NCBI GenBank assembly: GCA_027050205.1
Contig: JALUCS010000074.1
Span: 1-12,349 of the forward strand
DNA length: 12,349 nt
Reading direction: 5' to 3'
Origin: a candidate division WOR-3 bacterium
GTDB lineage: Bacteria > Hydrothermota > Hydrothermia > LBFQ01
Shown: positions 6,673 through 12,349 of the stretch, one piece after another
Layout: each line of letters starts with the position of its first letter
How positions within the stretch are numbered: position 1 is the stretch's first letter
Program-made: the position numbers and the translations under genes
The notes under the pieces: generated by a model
The model's input: only the letters and a program-made list of their open reading frames with translations
The model's database searches: none
What the model was told of the DNA's origin: nothing

Positions 6673-8268
6673 ATGGGCGTAATAGACTGGGGGGTGGTCC
6701 TGCTGTACGTCGCCCTCGTTCTGGGGATTGGGGCCTTCCTAACCCGGAGGCAGAGAAGCCGTCAGGATTACTACCTCGCCGGTCGTAGGATGGGGCCTTG
6801 GCAGGTGGCCCTGTCCCTGGTCGCTACGCAGGTCAGCGCCATAAGCATAATCGGGGCGCCCGCCTTCATAGCCTTAAAGGCCGGAGGGGGGCTGAAGTGG
6901 TGGCAGTACGAGCTGGCCGTCCCCATTGCTATGCTCGTCCTTATGCTGACCCTCGTCCCCCTCTACCACCGCATGAAGGCCATTACCATCTACCACTACC
7001 TTGAGGGTAGGTACGGTCGGGGGGTGAGAGCTACCATCGGGGGGATATTCCTGATAAGCAGGAGCCTCGCCGCCGGGGTGATACTGTTTGCGACGGGGGT
7101 GGTTCTCTCCTCCTTGATCCGCTGGCCTTTGGCGGAGACTTTAGTGGTCGTAGCAACCGTCACCATAACCTATACCGCCCTCGGAGGCATAGAGGCCGAC
7201 ATATACTCCGATATCCTCCAGCTTCTCATCCTGTGGTTCTCCGCCCTGTTTATGGTCTTCCTGCTCCTCGGTATGGTAGGGGGAGACCTCGTCCCCCTCC
7301 TCAAGGCGTCTTCGGAGAGGTTAAACGTCTTTGTTTTGGACAGGACGGGCTTAGGAGATGGGGAGAACTTCTCCCTTTGGGCTATGCTCTTCGGGGGACT
7401 CTTCCTGTACCTGTCCTACTACGGTACGGACCAGAGCGAAGCCCAAAGGCTCCTGACGACTCGGAATGCCGGGGATGCTCAAAAGGCCCTGCTCATAAAC
7501 GGTCTCCTCCGATTTCCCCTCGTCCTAACCTACAGCGCCGTCGGCATCCTCCTGATAGCCTTTCTGAACGCCCATCCGGATTTCTTAAAGGTCCTTGAGG
7601 GGAAGAGGCCGGACTTCCTCGTCCCCGAATTCGTCATACGGTACTTCCCACCGGGTGTCGTAGGCCTCTTTATGGCCGGAATTTTCGCCGCCACGATGTC
7701 CTCCATAGACAGCGCCATGAACGCCCTATCCGCCGCCACTTACGAGGACTTCCTCCTCCGCCTGTTCCCGTCCCTCGCTCGCCTCCCACAGGGTAGGCAG
7801 GTCCTCCTGTCCAAGCTCCTGACGGTCTTCTGGGGTACCTTCTCTACCCTCTTCGCCTTGACCTTAATACGCTCACCGGAGACGGTGATAGAGCTGGTCA
7901 ACCGTATAGGCTCTGCCTTCTACGGCCCTATCCTCGCCGTCTTCCTGATGGGTATGTTCTCCCGGAGGGTCAGTGGCTTTGGGGCGATATTGGGCCTACT
8001 CTCCGGTGTGGCCTTCAACCTCTACCTCTGGAAGTTCGCCCCCGGAGTCTCGTGGATGTGGTGGAACCTCTTCGGGTTCTTGGTCGCCGTACTGGTGGGG
8101 CTAACCGTCTCGGTTTTTGTACCGGAGGGTAGGGAGGTGGATGGGTACGTCGTCGGAGTCGGGGATGTACTGCGGGAGGCAATTAGGCGCAAAAACTACA
8201 TCCTCGCCCTTACGGGTATGAGCCTCTTCATCGTCCTCGTTAGCCTCGCCGTTGAGGTGGCTTTTTGA
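6673..8268 (+). CDS. Sodium:solute symporter (SSS/SLC5 family); substrate unknown
   Basis: DYYLAGRRM, SLVATQVSAISIIGAP, TIYHYLEGRYG, YTALGGIEADIYSDILQ, YYGTDQSEAQRLL, AATMSSIDSAMNALS; roughly 13-14 hydrophobic segments. ATG 6673 is preferred because the track start at 6556 overlaps the divergent gene. Confidence 0.95.
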   Translation: MGVIDWGVVLLYVALVLGIGAFLTRRQRSRQDYYLAGRRMGPWQVALSLVATQVSAISIIGAPAFIALKAGGGLKWWQYELAVPIAMLVLMLTLVPLYHRMKAITIYHYLEGRYGRGVRATIGGIFLISRSLAAGVILFATGVVLSSLIRWPLAETLVVVATVTITYTALGGIEADIYSDILQLLILWFSALFMVFLLLGMVGGDLVPLLKASSERLNVFVLDRTGLGDGENFSLWAMLFGGLFLYLSYYGTDQSEAQRLLTTRNAGDAQKALLINGLLRFPLVLTYSAVGILLIAFLNAHPDFLKVLEGKRPDFLVPEFVIRYFPPGVVGLFMAGIFAATMSSIDSAMNALSAATYEDFLLRLFPSLARLPQGRQVLLSKLLTVFWGTFSTLFALTLIRSPETVIELVNRIGSAFYGPILAVFLMGMFSRRVSGFGAILGLLSGVAFNLYLWKFAPGVSWMWWNLFGFLVAVLVGLTVSVFVPEGREVDGYVVGVGDVLREAIRRKNYILALTGMSLFIVLVSLAVEVAF

Positions 8269-8311
8269 CTTTCGTACCTTAACGGTATAACGAGGCGGCA
8301 GTTATCAACGG

Positions 8312-8327
8312 TGTGACCGATTTCACT
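8312..8327. promoter_or_regulatory. CRP/FNR-family-like site
   Basis: TGTGA-CCGATT-TCACT matches 9/10 of the TGTGA-N6-TCACA consensus in an intergenic region. Confidence 0.35.
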
Positions 8328-8475
8328 CCCCAAAAATGCGGAAACCGATCCGTACTTTACAATTTTCAACGATGTGGGATTTTATGCTTTCTAACGGCCA
8401 AAGAGGATGATTGGGTCTCCAGCCTCCCTTCTTGCGCCTTGGTTCCTTTCGCCTCCTTCGCTTGGCTGGTATAAG

Positions 8476-8489
8476 TGAATTATAATTCA
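8476..8489. promoter_or_regulatory. Perfect 14-bp palindrome (ARG-box-like) containing TATAAT on both strands
   Basis: TGAATTATAATTCA is its own reverse complement; 52 nt upstream of ATG 8542. A second TATAAT is at 8524-8529. Confidence 0.5.
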
Positions 8490-8541
8490 AACTCTGACTA
8501 CCATACGGATTCGGACTCGTCTATATAATAAAGTGCTTACG

Positions 8542-9714
8542 ATGAACGTAAGATATGCACTCGTCGTCCTTCTCCTTGCGACTATAAGCGTTGGCTGTAG
8601 GAATAACCTTAGCAAATACCCCGGCTACGTGGATCCTTCCCACGTGCGTATTTTCGGCAAAGAAGGTCAATCTTGGGAGGGGCTTGACGTGACCGAAACC
8701 CCAGATGGGCGGTATGTGGTGGTAGGCGAGGCTACGATATACGAAAATACCGACGCCGCAGGCACAGCCATAGCCATAAGTGTTAGCGAAAACGGAGACT
8801 CGCTCTGGTTATATAGAAACCCGCTATACTCTACGGCGACGAGTGTGGAAAGCCTGAAGGATGGGAAGATCGCTATGGAAGATTGGGGGGGCATACAGAT
8901 AGTGGATAAAGATGGAAGGCCCCTGTACCGCTTACATGTTGGTTCTGCCTCTTACAGTCAGGGGGACATCTTTTCAAACGACGCTATCATCTACGACCCT
9001 CGTATAGATGCGGTTATATCCTTCTATCCCGGTGTATGTCTGAAACAGCTACCTGTGGATGGTTCTTCCGGATGGTTAACCTGTTCTGGTCTCGGAGGGT
9101 TTGGTACGGAGATAGCCCTAACAGAGAACGGATACGTAGCCTTGGCCGAGAGGGTAGGGGGATTGCTACTGTTTGCGGTTGATACGCAGGGTACCTTGTT
9201 GTGGGTGGATACTTTGAGGATACCCAGAGAATACACCAGTCCCGACATAAGATCCTCCCTTCGCGGCCTTGCCCTTACGGACGACGGGGGCTTTATGATA
9301 GCAGGTCAGACCTGGTTGAGCGAGGGGTGGTATCCCTACATAATCAAGCTTGACTCTAACCGGAAGGTGGAGTGGATAAAGAAGTACGACAGACCGGGAG
9401 ACGAGATAGAGAGGTGGGACGGGTATCCGATGGACCTACTGAAACTTCACGATGGTACGTACGTTATGATAGGGATGAACAGGGCATGTCCCGGTGGATA
9501 CTGCGGTGCGATGATGAGGATAGACGAGGATGGGAACGTGTTAAGGGCGAGAAACTACTTTATGTGGTCGGGGGATATGGCCTTCTGGAACGGCATAGTG
9601 GCTTCCGACGGGAATATAGTGGTGACCGGTGGAACGACCAACAGCGCAGATAAGACGGGGACCTACTACGTCTTTATCTTCAAATTCACCCCCGATGGCG
9701 ATCCGGTATGGTAA
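8542..9714 (+). CDS. Lipoprotein with beta-propeller-like repeats; function unknown
   Basis: MNVRYALVVLLLATISVG-C lipobox (Cys19 from ATG 8542; GTG 8533 is an alternative start). Recurring TxDGxxxxxG...xxDxxGxxxW units: ETPDGRYVVVG/SVSENGDSLW, LTDDGGFMIAG/KLDSNRKVEW, VASDGNIVVTG/KFTPDGDPVW. Confidence 0.85.
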   Translation: MNVRYALVVLLLATISVGCRNNLSKYPGYVDPSHVRIFGKEGQSWEGLDVTETPDGRYVVVGEATIYENTDAAGTAIAISVSENGDSLWLYRNPLYSTATSVESLKDGKIAMEDWGGIQIVDKDGRPLYRLHVGSASYSQGDIFSNDAIIYDPRIDAVISFYPGVCLKQLPVDGSSGWLTCSGLGGFGTEIALTENGYVALAERVGGLLLFAVDTQGTLLWVDTLRIPREYTSPDIRSSLRGLALTDDGGFMIAGQTWLSEGWYPYIIKLDSNRKVEWIKKYDRPGDEIERWDGYPMDLLKLHDGTYVMIGMNRACPGGYCGAMMRIDEDGNVLRARNYFMWSGDMAFWNGIVASDGNIVVTGGTTNSADKTGTYYVFIFKFTPDGDPVW

Positions 9715-9732
9715 AAAAGGAGGTAAAATACC

Positions 9733-12012
9733 ATGCTGTTGAGTCTCCTTAGTGTCGCTATAGTGGAGGACTCTCCCCTTAGACCCTTTGAGATGATGTC
9801 GTGGGAGAGTGAAGGAACGCCCAGCAGTACAGCACTACCCGCGAAGTTCATACCCAACCGCGGTTTTCTTCCCAGCGATGTAGCCTTTACCTCATCTAAC
9901 GGGTACGTGCGAGTGCTTAAGGATGGCACCATAACCGTAGGGACGATAAAGCTCCGCTTTGTAGGGGCAAAAAAACCGACGCTCATCCCGGAAAGGCAAG
10001 AGGGAACTTTCAGTCTCTTTTCCGGTAGGGTTAGCATCTCCGCTCTCCCCTCCTATCGCTCCATAAAGTTTAGGGATATATACGAAGGCATAGACTTCGT
10101 ATTTAACGGTATCAAGGCGGGCGAGTTGGAGTTTTACTTCCATGTAGGGAAAGGAGCGAAGCCAGAACGCATAGAGGTTGAGGTCTCGGGCGGAAACGTG
10201 GAGGTGTTATCAGGGGCCGTTAAGGTATCAAAGAACGGTAAAACCATTTTCCAAATAGCGAGCCTTAAAGCCTTCCAAGGGAGCGAACCTGTAGAGGTAA
10301 AGTTCCACCGAACCGGAGAGAACACTTTTACCTTCGCACTTCAAGACTACGATCCCAACTACGACCTCGTTATAGATCCTACGGTTCTCCTTGGTAGCTC
10401 AAGGAACGATAGGGCTACCCATGTTCTCCCCTTGGGAGACGGTACCGTCTACGTAGTCGGTTATACGGAGGACTACCTCAACTTCGCCGGGGGATACGAT
10501 CACGTGTATGGAACCGCAGTTTACGGAAGGAAATCGGTCTTTGTCAGTCATCTTAGCGATGATTTCTCCACCCATATAGCCACGGCCATAATTTCCGGAA
10601 GTGGGGACGACTACGGTTGGCAGGTGGCCATAGCCGATGACTCCACCATCTACATAGGTGTCTCTACAAGCTCTTCGGATTACGCCCCTGTAAGGACGAT
10701 ATTCGGGACCACCTCCTCTGGCATGTACGACGTAGCCGTTACAAGACTAACTGCAGATCTAACCAGGCATCTATCCACGGCCATTGTAGCAGGTTCGGAC
10801 GACGATCTGTTCCGGGCTATGGCCGTAGGAGATGACGGAACGGTGTATATCACCGGATACACCTACAACTCTTCGGACTTTGCACCGAGTAGAACGGTTA
10901 TAGGTTCCCTCGGTCTTCTGGACGCCTTTGTGACACGTTTGGACCACAACCTCTCTTCCCATCTGGGGACAGCCATCCTAACGGGCAGCTCAAACGATGC
11001 GGCTTACAATATAACTGTCCTTTCCGACGGCGTATATATAACGGGGGCCACAAGTTCCTCCGACTTTACCCCCTCAAGGAGCGTTTTCGGTACTACCGGT
11101 GGATGGGATGCGTACGTAACCAAGTTATCACTTGACCTATCCACCCATATAACGACGGCTATACTGGGAAGCACAGGGGCAGATGTGGCGTACAGGGTGC
11201 TAAGCGTAGCCTCCGGGGATCTGTTGATCTTCGGCCGCACGACTAACCCGTCCAATTTCGCTCCATCCAGAGACGTATGGGGGGATCCGGGTGAAAGGGA
11301 TCCCTTCGTCAGCAGGTTCTCCTCGGATCTCTCATCTCATATAGCTACTGTGGTAATAGCTTCGCCGGATACAGAAATCGTAACCTACCGTAACTACGAT
11401 GTGCGAGGAGATACGGCTTTCTTGGCTATCAACTCCGTCGACCCCACCAACTTGGGCGGTTCGGTCTGTACAGCTTGCAACGTCGCCTCCGGCGGAGGTC
11501 CTATGGATGTGGTAGTGGTGGCCTTAAGCACCGACCTTTCATCCTGTATAGGTAAGTCTATTATAACCGGTGTAGGTGATGATGGCGTCTATACCTTAGA
11601 CGTGGAGGGGAGCGACATCTACGTTGCCGGTCTTTCCATACTCGGCGACACCAACGACCTCGTTACTTACCCTGGGCCTCGCTACTTTTACGGATTTGAT
11701 GGTTCGGAAGAGGGCTTGGTCGTCAAGGTCCAGCCGAGGTGTATAGTCTCCGTTGATGAGGGACGGGAAGAAGTGAGCGTAGGGAGAGCCGTTGTTTCCG
11801 GGGAAAAGCTGATACTCCACTTAAGCCGTCCCGCTTACGTTGGCTACGACCTCTACTCCACCGATGGCCGACTGATAGACAGGAGGAGCCTCGGCTATCT
11901 CCTCACGGGCAGGTACGAATACCATCTGAAGGGACTACCGAAAGGTACGTACATCCTAAAGGTGCGGATAGAAAACCACCTCACACCGCTTAAGGTCCTT
12001 ATCAGTAGGTAA
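9733..12012 (+). CDS. Secreted SBBP-repeat (seven-bladed propeller) protein with N-terminal beta domain and T9SS-like C-terminal sorting domain
   Basis: SD AGGAGGT 8 nt upstream. N-domain motifs FIPNRG, IYEGID, LEFYFHV, YDPNYDLVIDP resemble the domain that usually precedes SBBP repeats. Seven repeats of about 62-69 aa (VYITGxTxSSDF...DAFVT). Tail VSVDE...YDLYSTDGRLI...LPKGTYILKV...LKVLISR. Confidence 0.88.
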   Translation: MLLSLLSVAIVEDSPLRPFEMMSWESEGTPSSTALPAKFIPNRGFLPSDVAFTSSNGYVRVLKDGTITVGTIKLRFVGAKKPTLIPERQEGTFSLFSGRVSISALPSYRSIKFRDIYEGIDFVFNGIKAGELEFYFHVGKGAKPERIEVEVSGGNVEVLSGAVKVSKNGKTIFQIASLKAFQGSEPVEVKFHRTGENTFTFALQDYDPNYDLVIDPTVLLGSSRNDRATHVLPLGDGTVYVVGYTEDYLNFAGGYDHVYGTAVYGRKSVFVSHLSDDFSTHIATAIISGSGDDYGWQVAIADDSTIYIGVSTSSSDYAPVRTIFGTTSSGMYDVAVTRLTADLTRHLSTAIVAGSDDDLFRAMAVGDDGTVYITGYTYNSSDFAPSRTVIGSLGLLDAFVTRLDHNLSSHLGTAILTGSSNDAAYNITVLSDGVYITGATSSSDFTPSRSVFGTTGGWDAYVTKLSLDLSTHITTAILGSTGADVAYRVLSVASGDLLIFGRTTNPSNFAPSRDVWGDPGERDPFVSRFSSDLSSHIATVVIASPDTEIVTYRNYDVRGDTAFLAINSVDPTNLGGSVCTACNVASGGGPMDVVVVALSTDLSSCIGKSIITGVGDDGVYTLDVEGSDIYVAGLSILGDTNDLVTYPGPRYFYGFDGSEEGLVVKVQPRCIVSVDEGREEVSVGRAVVSGEKLILHLSRPAYVGYDLYSTDGRLIDRRSLGYLLTGRYEYHLKGLPKGTYILKVRIENHLTPLKVLISR
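10387..11742 (+). repeat. Seven intragenic protein-level repeats (propeller blades)
   Basis: Units end in FSTHIATA, LTRHLSTA, LSSHLGTA, LSTHITTA, LSSHIATV, LSSCIGKS, plus a degenerate seventh. Diverged at DNA level. Confidence 0.8.
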
Positions 12013-12018
12013 GTGCCG

Positions 12019-12052
12019 GGGCGGTGGGGATCCACCGCCCTTTTACTTTTTT
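12019..12052 (+). terminator. Intrinsic terminator after the SBBP gene
   Basis: GGGCGGTGG-GGAT-CCACCGCCC followed by TTTTACTTTTTT, between convergent stops at 12012 and 12051. Confidence 0.9.
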
Positions 12053-12349
12053 ACGCCTCTCCGAACTTCTTTATGTTAGGGGCGTCGGGGTCCAGCCACT
12101 CTATGGCGTCGTACGGACAAACCTCAACGCACAGGCCGCATCCTATGCAGGAGAGTTCGTCTATCTTCGCCTTGCCGTCCTCCGCGTAGATGGATGGACA
12201 CCCTACCTGAAGGCAAAGCTTGCAGAAGGTGCATTTGTCCGGGTTGACCTGAACGCCGACGAACTCCGGAAGGTGGGCCTTTACCTCCTTCTTGAGGACG
12301 CAGGGCCTGTTCGTAACGATGACGGAAAGCTCGTCCCTCTGGACTTCCC
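12051..12349 (-). CDS. iorA: Indolepyruvate:ferredoxin oxidoreductase alpha subunit, C-terminal ferredoxin part (5' end outside the window)
   Basis: Translated by hand: EVQRDELSVIVTNRPCVLKKEVKAHLPEFVGVQVNPDKCTFCKLCLQVGCPSIYAEDGKAKIDELSCIGCGLCVEVCPYDAIEWLDPDAPNIKKFGEA*. SVIVxxRPCVL followed by CxxCxxCxxxGCP and CxxCxxCxxxCP is the IorA C-terminal pattern. Confidence 0.88.
   Translation of the reverse strand, partial: EVQRDELSVIVTNRPCVLKKEVKAHLPEFVGVQVNPDKCTFCKLCLQVGCPSIYAEDGKAKIDELSCIGCGLCVEVCPYDAIEWLDPDAPNIKKFGEA

Noticed and set aside
6673..8268. Symporter as a myo-inositol importer linked to ino1
   Set aside because: Substrate cannot be read from the sequence, and the genes are in separate transcription units.
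2447..8342. TCCGCATTTT (2447-2456) and its reverse complement (8333-8342) as element ends
   Set aside because: Only 10 bp, encloses ordinary genes, no transposase or target duplication.
8323..8490. Arg/Lys-rich minus-strand ORF of about 55 codons (LNYNSLIPAKRRRRKEPRRKKGGW...) as an arginine leader peptide
   Set aside because: Weak TTG start abutting the palindrome, no SD and no downstream gene on that strand; composition follows from the purine tract.
1..12349. CRISPR array, IS, prophage, retroelement or defence genes
   Set aside because: No regularly spaced DNA repeats and no transposase, integrase, reverse transcriptase or nuclease motifs seen; repeats are protein-level only.

Overview
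Gene-dense, GC-rich bacterial window. WaaA indicates an LPS-bearing diderm. Heavy ATA/AGG codon use, inositol-3-phosphate synthase, IorA and T9SS-like C-terminal tails suggest an anaerobic thermophile of the FCB/WOR-3 type (inference only). Left to right: 5' end of a zinc-binding MDR dehydrogenase (-), waaA/kdtA (-), tRNA-Ser(CGA) (+) abutting prs (+), a terminator and ino1 (-), a helix-hairpin-helix plus probable beta-barrel protein (-), a secreted FG-GAP-type propeller protein with a sorting-domain-like tail (-), an SSS-family Na+/solute symporter (+), an AT-rich regulatory gap, a lower-GC pair (propeller lipoprotein and SBBP-repeat protein with a sorting-domain-like tail) (+), a terminator, and the 3' end of iorA (-). 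No CRISPR array, transposase, integrase or phage gene is visible. Best leads: prs starting 2 nt after a CCA-less tRNA (possible tRNA punctuation), widespread apparent leaderless starts, the compact HhH/barrel protein next to a T9SS-like cargo, a probable 1-nt frameshift at the waaA 5' end, and several operator-like palindromes. None is a proven new system.
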